Assembly: GCA_037441385.1 (NCBI GenBank)
Contig: JBBISH010000022.1
Location: forward strand, 2-64,001
DNA length: 64,000 bases
From: Myxococcales bacterium
GTDB lineage: Bacteria > Myxococcota_A > UBA9042
Direction: 5' to 3'
Positions 26,996-35,702 of the stretch are shown piece after piece; the first letter of the stretch is position 1; the number at the start of each line of letters is the position of its first letter. Under the pieces are notes generated by a model. It ran no database searches, was not told the origin of the DNA, and saw only the letters and a list, made by a program, of their open reading frames with translations. Both the position numbers and the translations under genes were made by a program.

Positions 26996-27021
26996 GCGAA
27001 ATTCCCAGTCCGGGGAATTTT
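26996..27021. promoter_or_regulatory. Inverted repeat GCGAAATTCCC-N3-CCGGGGAATTTT, candidate UAS for the tadG sigma54 promoter
   Basis: AAATTCCC and GGGAATTT are reverse complements. It lies ~90-115 nt upstream of the -24 element and shares the CCGGGGAATTTT 12-mer with 22593. Confidence 0.4.
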
Positions 27022-27057
27022 GCGGGTCGTCCAGCGGCGCCAGACGTGCGGCCGATG

Positions 27058-27717
27058 CTACGGAACTTGCGGGCCGGTATACGTGCGCGACGCCATCGCG
27101 AGTTGCCCCGACTCGCTCACGCGCGCTTGCGCTAGCCATCCTGGGCCGCGCGCCGTCAACTGCCAGTAGCCGGGCACCCGCTCGACTTGCACTTCGCCCG
27201 CCGAAATCAGCCCCGGTGGCGTCCACTTACCCATGGTCAGCGACAGGACCGCCGCACCAATCCGCGCCGCCTCGGCCTTGTTGCTGGCCACCAGACGGCC
27301 CATCTCGGGGTGTCCCGCGCTGATGCGACCCGCGACGTCCACCTCGACCAGCGCCGACAGAGGTGGCTTGCGGGGCTGTTCACCCGTCGCCACGGGCTCG
27401 GCTGGCGGCGCGACGGCCCCGTTTGGCAGCGGCGGCGAGGAGTGGACCGCCCAGAACTGCCGATTCGGATAGGTGGCACTCAACTCGGCGCTGACTAGGG
27501 GATCGGGCCCCATCTGCCAGGTCCGCCCCGGGTAGTGCGCCGTGAGCCAGGCCACGATGTCGGCAAGGCGCGTCTTGCCCGGCTGAACCACCGCTGCGGC
27601 GGGCTTCTTGGTCGCCTTCTTGGCCCGGCGTTTGGCGGCCTGCGCCGGTTGCGCCAACAGGGTCACGACGAGCGTGCCCGCCACCAGCCACCGCGTCGCG
27701 AGCATGTGCGCGGCCAT
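27058..27717 (-). CDS. Secreted hypothetical protein
   Basis: The ATG at 27717 gives MAAHMLATRWLVAGTLVVTLLAQPAQA, followed by a Lys-rich stretch. No family was recognised. The ORF-track extension to 28089 is rejected. Confidence 0.5.
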   Translation of the reverse strand: MAAHMLATRWLVAGTLVVTLLAQPAQAAKRRAKKATKKPAAAVVQPGKTRLADIVAWLTAHYPGRTWQMGPDPLVSAELSATYPNRQFWAVHSSPPLPNGAVAPPAEPVATGEQPRKPPLSALVEVDVAGRISAGHPEMGRLVASNKAEAARIGAAVLSLTMGKWTPPGLISAGEVQVERVPGYWQLTARGPGWLAQARVSESGQLAMASRTYTGPQVP

Positions 27718-27959
27718 AGCGCCTCCCAGTCCATTGCGCCATCCGGCATCGACGCCAGGGTGTGGTAGCGCAATGGCGCAGATTTGGCAAACCCGAGCCA
27801 TCGCGCGGGCGAAACTCGTCTGCCGGCCGCAGGTTGACAGGGGCCCGCCCCTCTCGCATCCTCCCCGTGCGGTGCACCCGCCGCTGCTGCCCGCCGCCGT
27901 TCGGGACTTTGGCCGCCGTGGCCATCCCGTTGCGCGGGCGCGTCCCGACCCTTGCGAGG

Positions 27960-28658
27960 ATGCCCATGTTTTCGCGAATCCTGCCCCTGCTGCCCGCGGC
28001 GGCCGTCCTATTGGCGACAAATTCTGTCGCATTGGCGCTTGAGCCGCCGCCTGCCGAAGAACCGCCCGCCGAATCCGCTCCGGCCGCACCGGCGTACGCC
28101 GCTCCTGGTCGCATTGGCGGCTACCTCGTGTTGGCCGGCCCGGTGGGCAACTACGGCCTCTCGGTGGCCTACCAGCTGCTGCCGATGCTCGAATTGCAGG
28201 CGGGCGCCGTCACCCAGTCCCCAGAGGCCTCGCAACAGTCGGGGACCGCCACCGCGCACGCGTCCATCACCGCCGCGACCCCGTTCGTGCGCGGCCGGCT
28301 TTGGCCCATGCGCCGCCACAACGTCATTGCCGAGGCCGGGTTTGCCGCCATGTACTACAACCTGCAGGCCGATGGCAGCGACACCTTTGGCAACTCGATC
28401 CACTACAACCGCTCGTCCACCGTCCCTCTGGCCTTTGCCGGGGCCGGCTATGGCTACCGCACCGACGTGGGCTTCCGGCTCGCCGTGTTGATGGGCTGGA
28501 TGCAGTACCTGGGCTCGGCGGGCGGATCCACGGTCTCGACCACCGGCGCCTTCAGCGCCCAAGACCGCGCCGACATGCAAAAGCAATTCGACACCACCAC
28601 CAACCGCATGACCGAGTCGCGCCCCTACGTCGAACTCAGTGCCGGCTGGGTTTTCTAG
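27960..28658 (+). CDS. Putative small outer-membrane beta-barrel protein
   Basis: The ATG at 27960 has GAGGA upstream. It has a signal peptide, alternating hydrophobic strands and a C-terminal ELSAGWVF (terminal Phe). Confidence 0.5.
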   Translation: MPMFSRILPLLPAAAVLLATNSVALALEPPPAEEPPAESAPAAPAYAAPGRIGGYLVLAGPVGNYGLSVAYQLLPMLELQAGAVTQSPEASQQSGTATAHASITAATPFVRGRLWPMRRHNVIAEAGFAAMYYNLQADGSDTFGNSIHYNRSSTVPLAFAGAGYGYRTDVGFRLAVLMGWMQYLGSAGGSTVSTTGAFSAQDRADMQKQFDTTTNRMTESRPYVELSAGWVF

Positions 28659-28698
28659 TCTCTGTAGGGACTCCGTTTGAATCGGCTCGACGACCTCA

Positions 28699-28830
28699 TA
28701 CCCATTCCGTCCGAATCGGATCGAAAACTCGGGCAATTCTTCGGGCCCGAACCGGGGTCGCCGCCTGATTCTCGCCAGTTGCAGAACGGGTCAGAAAGGC
28801 TGTACAGGCGCGAATCAGGTGGGGTGCGTA
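28699..28830 (+). mobile_element. 132-bp structured repeat, copy 2
   Basis: Exactly 132 bp with TA...TA ends. It is flanked by TCA at 28696-28698 and 28831-28833. Confidence 0.8.
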
Positions 28831-28836
28831 TCAGCA

Positions 28837-28932
28837 GTTCCTCGGGCCCGAATCGGGGCCCCGCCTGGTCCTTGCCAGTTGCAGATCGGGTCAGCGAAGC
28901 CGTCCAGGCGTGAATCAGGTGGGGTTCGCACT
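28837..28932 (+). mobile_element. 5'-truncated, diverged copy of the 132-bp repeat
   Basis: Aligns to the right ~95 nt of the element (TTCNTCGGGCCCGAA...CCAGTTGCAGA.CGGGTCAG...GAATCAGGTGGGGT). It ends directly at the ATG of the next gene. Confidence 0.65.
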
Positions 28933-29778
28933 ATGCCCAGTTCGTTGCTGGCGCTCGTCCTGCTGTCGGCGCTGTTGCACGCCGTGTGGAACGCCCTCGT
29001 CAAGGGGCGCCCGGACCCAGGTGCGGCGGGCGTGTGGCTGGTGGCCGGGGCCGCGGCGATCAGTCTGACCATCGCGCTGGTGCGCGGGGAGCTGGTCCTG
29101 GCGGTCGCTTCGCTGCCGTGGGTGGGCGCGGCCGGTCTGATCGAGGGCCTCTACTTTTCGTCGCTGCTGGTGGCCCTGGCGCGGTTGCCCCTGCAGCAGG
29201 CCTACGGGGTCAGCCGCGGCCTGGGCGTGCTGCTGGCGTGGCCGCTGGCGATGGTCTGGCAGGCCGAGGCGGTGACGGCGTCGGCCCTTCTCGGCGCGGG
29301 ATTGCTCAGCGTGGCTCTCCTTTCCATGGCTTGGCAACAGGCGGTCCAGCCGCGGCCCCCGTCGGATGCGGTAGGCTGGCTGGCGACGATGGTGTGCGCT
29401 GCCAGCATCGCCTTGTATCCGCTGGTGTATAAGCAGGCCTTGGCGTTTGGGGCCCAGCCGTACGCGCTGTTTGCGGCCTCGCTGGGGCTGTCGTTGCCGA
29501 TCCAGATCGCCTGGCTTGGCCGCGACCGCGTGGGCCGGCTGACGCGCGAAGTCCGCGTCCGGCCAAGTATTTTACTGGCGTGTTCGGGCCTGTGCGCGGC
29601 GTCGTTCTTGGCCCTCTTGCTGGCCCTGCGCACCGGTGGGGCCGCGCATTTGTCGGCGCTGCGCAACACCAGCGTGCTCATGGCGACCGCGCTCGCCGCT
29701 CGTCAGCAGCATCTGGCCGCTGCGGAATGGTGGCGTGCTGCCGCGGTGACGCTGGGAGCCGTGCTGGTGGCCCTCTAG
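28933..29778 (+). CDS. EamA/DMT-superfamily transporter
   Basis: About ten hydrophobic helices with a duplicated EamA-like layout. The ATG at 28933 gives MPSSLLALVLLSALLHAVWNALVKG. Confidence 0.7.
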   Translation: MPSSLLALVLLSALLHAVWNALVKGRPDPGAAGVWLVAGAAAISLTIALVRGELVLAVASLPWVGAAGLIEGLYFSSLLVALARLPLQQAYGVSRGLGVLLAWPLAMVWQAEAVTASALLGAGLLSVALLSMAWQQAVQPRPPSDAVGWLATMVCAASIALYPLVYKQALAFGAQPYALFAASLGLSLPIQIAWLGRDRVGRLTREVRVRPSILLACSGLCAASFLALLLALRTGGAAHLSALRNTSVLMATALAARQQHLAAAEWWRAAAVTLGAVLVAL

Positions 29779-29807
29779 TACTGCCAGCGAGAGGAGGGGC
29801 CAATCGA

Positions 29808-30638
29808 ATGCAGAATCCGCGCGACGCCTTGTCGGGGCTCTTCAATGTCGCTGGTGGCCTGCCATACCATGCGTTGGCGCGGCGCTACCACTCTATGCTT
29901 TGGAGCGACTATGCTAGGCAAGTAGAGCAAGCTCTGGTGCAGTGGGCGCCGCCCGGCGACGAGCTAGTCGTGGTCGGGCCCAGTGGCGGCTGGCTGCTGC
30001 CGAATCGCTTGCTAAAGCGCTATGTTCACGTCACCGCCATCGAGCCCGACCCCATGGCGCGCTGGCTGCTGCGACGCCGTTTCCCCCAAGTGGTGTGGAG
30101 TTTTGATGTTCACGATTATTTCACTCCCTACGGCGATCGCCCATGGCGCGAGGGCTTGCATCACTTGGCGCAGCAGTATCCCAGTCAACCGATCTACTTC
30201 GCAGAGTTCCTGGGTCAGTTCATAGGTTTGTATCCCGACGCCGTCGCGCGCGAAGAGGCTGGAGTCGTCGTCGCGACCTCCGCCTATTCGGCGTGGAAAG
30301 AGGAATTCCAGCAGGTGTTTCGCCATCGGCCAGTATTCAGCAGCCATGACCGACTGGTGGCCCGCGAGGCGCCGCATACCGCGGTGGTGGACCTGAGCGA
30401 CGAACTGCCCGCGGCCGATTTGGCGCTGCGGCTGTGGCAGCCCGCGGTAGCGGCTGCGGACCCCTTGTCGGGCCAGCTATTTCCCGGGCGACCGCGGCAA
30501 GTGGCCATCTGGCAGCGCCAGCCCGGCTATTGGCATGCGATGGAATTGGTTTCGAATTGGCCCGAACCGAAACCGGACAGTGGCACCGCGCGCTTGGGCA
30601 CGAATACAGGCGTTGACGTCGCTGGCAGACCGGCGTAG
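29808..30638 (+). CDS. Hypothetical protein, no recognised family
   Basis: The ATG at 29808 has GAGGAGGGG upstream. The codon pattern is consistent with coding. VVVGPSGGW...VTAIEPDP faintly suggests a Rossmann-type fold. Confidence 0.5.
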   Translation: MQNPRDALSGLFNVAGGLPYHALARRYHSMLWSDYARQVEQALVQWAPPGDELVVVGPSGGWLLPNRLLKRYVHVTAIEPDPMARWLLRRRFPQVVWSFDVHDYFTPYGDRPWREGLHHLAQQYPSQPIYFAEFLGQFIGLYPDAVAREEAGVVVATSAYSAWKEEFQQVFRHRPVFSSHDRLVAREAPHTAVVDLSDELPAADLALRLWQPAVAAADPLSGQLFPGRPRQVAIWQRQPGYWHAMELVSNWPEPKPDSGTARLGTNTGVDVAGRPA

Positions 30639-30673
30639 AAAGAAGCTGGGCGGATCATGTTGGAGAGTCGCGA

Positions 30674-31753
30674 GTGGAGCCAACGACCAAAGACGCATCC
30701 CGCCGGCAAACGGTGCTACTGGTCGACGACGCACCAGAGAACCTTAGTATTCTAAGCGCTTTCCTCTCTGGGCAGTATCGCATCAAGGCTGCCAATTCCG
30801 GTGCGAACGCGCTGCGTATTTGTTCTTCCAACGAGCTGCCCGACCTGATCCTCCTGGACCTGATGATGCCCGAGCTCGACGGCTTCGAGGTCTGCAAACG
30901 GCTCAAGGACGACCCGCGCACCCGCGAAATTCCCGTCATCTTCGTCACGGCTGCCACCGACTCGGTCGACGAAGCCCACGGCTTGGCCGTGGGCGCGGTG
31001 GACTACATCACCAAACCGTTCAGTCCGGCAGTCGTGCTCGAACGAGTCCGCGTGCACCTGGAGCTCAAGCGCGTCCGCGATCGCCTCAACCGGCTTGGCC
31101 GGCACTTCTCGTCGTACCTGTCGTCCGAGGTGGCGAGCGGCATCCTGCGCGGCGCGATCACGCAAGGTGTGGTCAACCAACGCAAACCACTGACGATCTT
31201 CTTCTCCGACATCGTCGAGTTCACCAAGCAAACGGCGGCCCTGCCCCCCGAGCGCATGGCGCGGATGCTCAACGGCTACTTTGACGCGATGGCCGACATC
31301 GTCAGCCAGCACCATGGCACGCTGGACAAGTACATTGGCGACGCTTGCATGGTGTTCTTTGGCGATCCCACCTCGCGCGGCGCCGCCGAGGACGCCCGCT
31401 CGTGCGTGCGGATGGCGCTGGAAATGCAGTGTAAGATCGACGAGTTGCAAACATTTTGGAAAGGCCATGGCAGCGGCGCCCCGCTGTCGGTGCGCATGGG
31501 GATTGCCACGGGGCTGTGCGCCGTCGGCAACTTTGGCAGCACCCACCAGTTGGCCTACACCGTCATGGGGACGGCAGTGAACTTGGCAGCCCGGCTGCAG
31601 GCGCACGCCATGCCGGGGCGAGTGCTCATCTCGGAAGAAACCTATGCCCTTGTAGGTGCGGACTTTCCCTGCCGGGCCTTGCCCGAGATCCGGGTCAAGG
31701 GACTGGACGAGCCCGTCGTCGCCTACGAGGTTGAGGACGCTGGTCCGCGATGA
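30674..31753 (+). CDS. Response-regulator receiver fused to a class III adenylate/guanylate cyclase
   Basis: Receiver motifs VLLVDDAPENL...DLILLDLMMPELDG...PVIFVTA. Cyclase motifs LTIFFSDIVEFT...KYIGDACMVFFG...GNFGS...YTVMGTAVNLAARL. GTG start with GGAGAG upstream. Confidence 0.85.
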   Translation: MEPTTKDASRRQTVLLVDDAPENLSILSAFLSGQYRIKAANSGANALRICSSNELPDLILLDLMMPELDGFEVCKRLKDDPRTREIPVIFVTAATDSVDEAHGLAVGAVDYITKPFSPAVVLERVRVHLELKRVRDRLNRLGRHFSSYLSSEVASGILRGAITQGVVNQRKPLTIFFSDIVEFTKQTAALPPERMARMLNGYFDAMADIVSQHHGTLDKYIGDACMVFFGDPTSRGAAEDARSCVRMALEMQCKIDELQTFWKGHGSGAPLSVRMGIATGLCAVGNFGSTHQLAYTVMGTAVNLAARLQAHAMPGRVLISEETYALVGADFPCRALPEIRVKGLDEPVVAYEVEDAGPR

Positions 31754-33855
31754 CACTGCTCCTTTGGCTCTTGGCCGGATCGGCACTCACCGCGCTGATC
31801 GCGCTGGCCCTGTGGCGGCAGCGGTCCCAGGTCCTGCAGCGCGCCGCCGATCAGGTTCAACAGAGCCTCAGCCAGGCCCAGGCCGACAACGCCCAGCTCA
31901 AACAAGCCCTTGAAGCCGCCGTCCAAGAAGCTGCCGCAGCACGGACCAGCGAGGTCGCGCAACTGGAGCAGTGCCGCGACGACTTGGAAAAGAAAGTCGC
32001 CGAGCGCACTTCGGAACTAGCGGCGGCGCAACGGTTGGCCGAGGCCGCGAATCAGGCCAAGAGCGCGTTCTTGGCCAACATGAGCCACGAAATCCGCACG
32101 CCGCTCAACGCCATCATCGGTCAGGCGCACGTGCTCGGCACCCAGTCGATGCCGCCAAAGCAGGCCGAGCGGCTGCAAAAGATCGAGCGGTCGGCCCGCC
32201 ACCTGCTGTCGATCGTCAACGATGTGCTGGACCTGTCGAAGATCGAGGCGGGCAAGCTGCAGGTCACCCAGGCAGATTTCGACCTGCACGACTGCTTGGT
32301 AGCCGTGCGCGATCTGGTGGTGGGGCAAGCGGCCGACAAAGGTCTGCAAGTTCATATGGACGTCCAGGCGGGCGTGCCGCAGTTCGTCTCTGGCGATGGG
32401 TTGCGCATCAGCCAGGTCATGCTCAATTTCGCCAGCAATGCTGTGAAATTCACTCAGCACGGCAGCGTGACGCTCCGCGTGCGGCGCTTGGCCGTCGATG
32501 GGCCCAAGGTCTGGCTCCGTTTCGAGGTCCAAGACACGGGCATCGGCATCCCGCCCGCCGAAAAAGAGCGCTTGTTTCAGCCGTTTGAGCAGGCAGACCT
32601 TACCATTGCGCGCAAGTACGGCGGAACTGGCCTGGGTTTGGCCATCTCGCATCGCCTGGTCGACATGCTGGCCGGCAAGCTGGGTCTGGAAAGCCAAGAA
32701 AATGATGGCAGTACGTTTTGGTTCGAGGTTCCGTTGGGAGTCGCGTCGCCGCTCGCCGCCGCCGAGCTCCGCCGCCGCCAGTCCTACCCCCGACTTCCGC
32801 CGGTGCGCGCCGACATGGTGCGCATCCTCGTCGTCGAGGACGACCTGTTCAACCAAGAGGTGGCCGTCGATCTGCTGCAACCGCAGGGTTTTGTGGTCGA
32901 CGTGGCCGGCAATGGCGCGGTCGCCGTCGAGATGGCAACCAAGCAACAGTATGCCTTGATCCTGATGGACATTCAGATGCCGGTCATGGACGGCCTGGCG
33001 GCGACGCGGGCGCTCCGTGCGCTGGCCAACTATGCCCGAACCCCCATCGTCGCGATGACGGCCAACACCTTTGCCGACGACCAGGCGGCCTGTAGTGCCG
33101 CGGGAATGAATGACTTTGTGGCCAAGCCCATCGACCCGCGCGCCCTGCTCGAGACGGCGTGCCGCTGGACTGGCGTTGACCTGCCCGACAACTTGGAGAC
33201 GCGCACGCCCGCTGCGCAGCAAGGCACCCAAGAATTGCGCGCTCAGCTGGGCTCCATTGCCGGGCTGACGGCCGAGGCCGGGCTGGCGGTGCATCAGGGC
33301 GATTGGCGGCGCTATGCCAGGTTCCTCCAGCGGTTTTCGACCGAACGTGCCGACACCGTGGTCAAGCTGCGGGCCGAGATTGCTGGACAGCAATGGTTGG
33401 ATGCGCGCCGCACCGTCCACACCCTAAAGGGCCTGGCCGGGACGCTGGGGGCCCTGCGCCTGCAACACGCCGCGGCTACGGTCGAATCGGCCCTGCTGGA
33501 TCCGCACCAGCGCACCGACTTGACCGGACAGCTGGCCGACCTGGACGTCGAGCTGTCGGCTCTGATCCATGCGCTGCAAGTGCACCTGCCCGAACGCGAA
33601 GAGGAACTGCGGCCGGCCAGCGTTGACTGGGCCCAGGCGGCGCATGTGTGCGAAGAGCTTGCGAATCTGCTGGCACAAGACGACACGGGTGCGATCGACC
33701 TGTACAACGAGCACGCCGAACTGCTGCGCAACGCGCTGACCACCGCGGCCCCGCGCATCGAAGCGGCACTGCAAGGCTTTGACTTCGAGCGTGCGGCCGG
33801 GCTGCTCCGGGTAGCCCGCCTGTCGCAGTATCAGCTACAGAGCAAGACTTCGTGA
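31750..33855 (+). CDS. Hybrid sensor histidine kinase (TM, coiled coil, HisKA, HATPase, receiver, HPt)
   Basis: Motifs FLANMSHEIRTPLN, GGTGLGLAIS, ILVVEDDLFNQ...LILMDIQMPVMDG and HTLKGLAGTLG. ATGA start/stop overlap with the cyclase gene. Confidence 0.85.
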   Translation: MTLLLWLLAGSALTALIALALWRQRSQVLQRAADQVQQSLSQAQADNAQLKQALEAAVQEAAAARTSEVAQLEQCRDDLEKKVAERTSELAAAQRLAEAANQAKSAFLANMSHEIRTPLNAIIGQAHVLGTQSMPPKQAERLQKIERSARHLLSIVNDVLDLSKIEAGKLQVTQADFDLHDCLVAVRDLVVGQAADKGLQVHMDVQAGVPQFVSGDGLRISQVMLNFASNAVKFTQHGSVTLRVRRLAVDGPKVWLRFEVQDTGIGIPPAEKERLFQPFEQADLTIARKYGGTGLGLAISHRLVDMLAGKLGLESQENDGSTFWFEVPLGVASPLAAAELRRRQSYPRLPPVRADMVRILVVEDDLFNQEVAVDLLQPQGFVVDVAGNGAVAVEMATKQQYALILMDIQMPVMDGLAATRALRALANYARTPIVAMTANTFADDQAACSAAGMNDFVAKPIDPRALLETACRWTGVDLPDNLETRTPAAQQGTQELRAQLGSIAGLTAEAGLAVHQGDWRRYARFLQRFSTERADTVVKLRAEIAGQQWLDARRTVHTLKGLAGTLGALRLQHAAATVESALLDPHQRTDLTGQLADLDVELSALIHALQVHLPEREEELRPASVDWAQAAHVCEELANLLAQDDTGAIDLYNEHAELLRNALTTAAPRIEAALQGFDFERAAGLLRVARLSQYQLQSKTS

Positions 33856-33988
33856 CCGCAGTTCCGCTCGAATCGGCACGAAAAACTTGGGCAGGTCTTC
33901 GGGTCCAAACCGGGGTCCCCGCCAGATTTTCGCCAGTTGTAGACCAGGCCACAGCAACCGTACACGCGTGAACCAGGCGGGGTGCGCA
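33856..33988 (+). mobile_element. Degenerate copy of the 132-bp repeat
   Basis: Co-linear with the family (GTTCCG.TCGAATCGG.ACGAAAAACT.GGGCA...CGGGGTCCCCGCC.GATT.TCGCCAGTTG.AGA...CAGGCGGGGTGCG), but the ends and arms are eroded and there are no TCA flanks. Confidence 0.55.
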
Positions 33989-34182
33989 GCGGGCCGGTTC
34001 CGGCAGATTCCGCATGTCGCGTGCAGTGTGCCCGCGGCTCAGCAGCAGGATGCCCAACCGGCCGCGGCGGCTTGCAGGCCAAAACTGCGACCTTTTTGAC
34101 GAAAGGCCACCGACACCGTAGCTTTGCACGAGCGTTGCCGTGCGCGCCCACTGCTTTTGGGTGTGGCCGGGCAGCGCAGGGG

Positions 34183-35010
34183 ATGCCCTTGAACCCGTTT
34201 GCCGCCAACCCGCAGCGCTTTTTCAAGCACCACACGCCGCGCTGCGAATTCAAGTACCAAATTACTGCAGAGCAGATGCCGGCGATCAAGGCAGCGATCT
34301 CGGCGTATTGCGATGTGGACCCGTTTGTGGGCGACGCCGGCCGCTACACCATCACCAGTCTGTACTTGGACTCCGCCGACCGGCGGTTCTACTGGGCGAC
34401 CGAAAACCAGGTCCACGCGCGCATGAAGCTGCGGGTGCGCACCTATGGGTTGGCTTGCGAGGGGCCCGTCTTCTTGGAGATCAAACGACGTTTTGGCGAC
34501 GCCCAAAGCAAAAGTCGCGTGCAGGTGCCGCGGGATCAGTGGCAAGCCGCCGCAGTGCCCGGCGGGAGCGAGGTCTTCAAGCACTGGAAGCTGGACGGCA
34601 AAAGGATGGGGATCGTCAAGGACTTCTCTGCCATCACCGCCGGCTATGCCCTGGAGCCGGTTTGCTGTGTCCGCTACGACCGTGACCCCTATGTCGGCCG
34701 GCTGAATCCCGACATTCGCATCACCTTTGACCAGCGGATTCGCACCGTTGCCTCAAGCGACTGGACGTTGCACCCGCACGAAGTCGACTATTTGCCGGTG
34801 GACTATCCGTACAACTTTGGCGCTCCGGAGCCCCGCTTGGTGCTCGAAATCAAGTTCGATATGCAGTTGCCAATTTGGCTCATCGATCTGGTGCGCACGT
34901 TTGACTTGAAGCGCGAGTCGTACGCCAAGTACGTGACCTGCGTGAACCGTTTGCAGGACGACCACCTGCGCTATCGCACGGACCTGCGCGGCCCGCGGTG
35001 GGAGGCGTGA
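34183..35010 (+). CDS. VTC-domain protein (polyphosphate-polymerase-like tunnel domain)
   Basis: CEFKYQI...YTITSLYLDS...RMKLRVRTY...VFLEIKRR...RITFD...LEIKF matches the VTC/CYTH-like pattern. The ATG is at 34183. Confidence 0.7.
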   Translation: MPLNPFAANPQRFFKHHTPRCEFKYQITAEQMPAIKAAISAYCDVDPFVGDAGRYTITSLYLDSADRRFYWATENQVHARMKLRVRTYGLACEGPVFLEIKRRFGDAQSKSRVQVPRDQWQAAAVPGGSEVFKHWKLDGKRMGIVKDFSAITAGYALEPVCCVRYDRDPYVGRLNPDIRITFDQRIRTVASSDWTLHPHEVDYLPVDYPYNFGAPEPRLVLEIKFDMQLPIWLIDLVRTFDLKRESYAKYVTCVNRLQDDHLRYRTDLRGPRWEA

Positions 35011-35696
35011 TGGAAGACCTGCTCCGCCTTGCTTTGGCCCCCGATCCCGCATTGCCGTGGCAGACCGTCACGTTCTGCGTGTTGATGTCGTTCATCCTGT
35101 CGACGGTGCTGGCCCAGGTCTACATTTGGACCCATCGCGGCCTGTCGTACTCGCGGTCGTATGTCCAGACGCTCATTTTGGGAGCTGTGGTGTCGGCCAC
35201 GTTGATGACGGCGGTGGGCAACAACCTGGCCCGCGGCATTGGTATTTTGGGCACCCTGGCGCTGATTCGCTTTCGCTCCACGGTCAAGGACCCGCGCGAC
35301 ATGGTGTTCATCTTTGCCTCGCTGGCCACGGGCATTTCGATGGGCGTGCGCTCTTACGGCGCGGGCGTCACCGGGTCGCTGATCTTTGCCGCGGTGGCCC
35401 TGGCTTTGCACTGGTCCGAGTACGGGGCGCGAGTGCGCTACGACGGCCTGCTGCGTTTTGCCATCGCCGCCCATCCCGACAACGACAGTCGCTTGCGGAA
35501 TCTGCTGGACCGGCACTGCCAACGGTTCGTGCTCGTGTCGCTCCGCGAGGTGGAACAAGGGCATCGCGCCGAGCACAACTATCACGTCAAACTCCGCGAC
35601 CCTGCGCAGCAATCCCTGTTCGTTCAAGAGGTCATGGCGGTGCCTGGGGTGCGCGGGGTGTCCTTCTACCTGAACGATGCGACCGAGGAGGTCTAG
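35010..35696 (+). CDS. DUF4956-family membrane protein
   Basis: N-terminal TM helices, then the IRFRSTVKDPRDMVFIF signature. ATGA overlap with the VTC gene. Confidence 0.7.
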   Translation: MEDLLRLALAPDPALPWQTVTFCVLMSFILSTVLAQVYIWTHRGLSYSRSYVQTLILGAVVSATLMTAVGNNLARGIGILGTLALIRFRSTVKDPRDMVFIFASLATGISMGVRSYGAGVTGSLIFAAVALALHWSEYGARVRYDGLLRFAIAAHPDNDSRLRNLLDRHCQRFVLVSLREVEQGHRAEHNYHVKLRDPAQQSLFVQEVMAVPGVRGVSFYLNDATEEV

Positions 35697-35702
35697 CACG
35701 CC

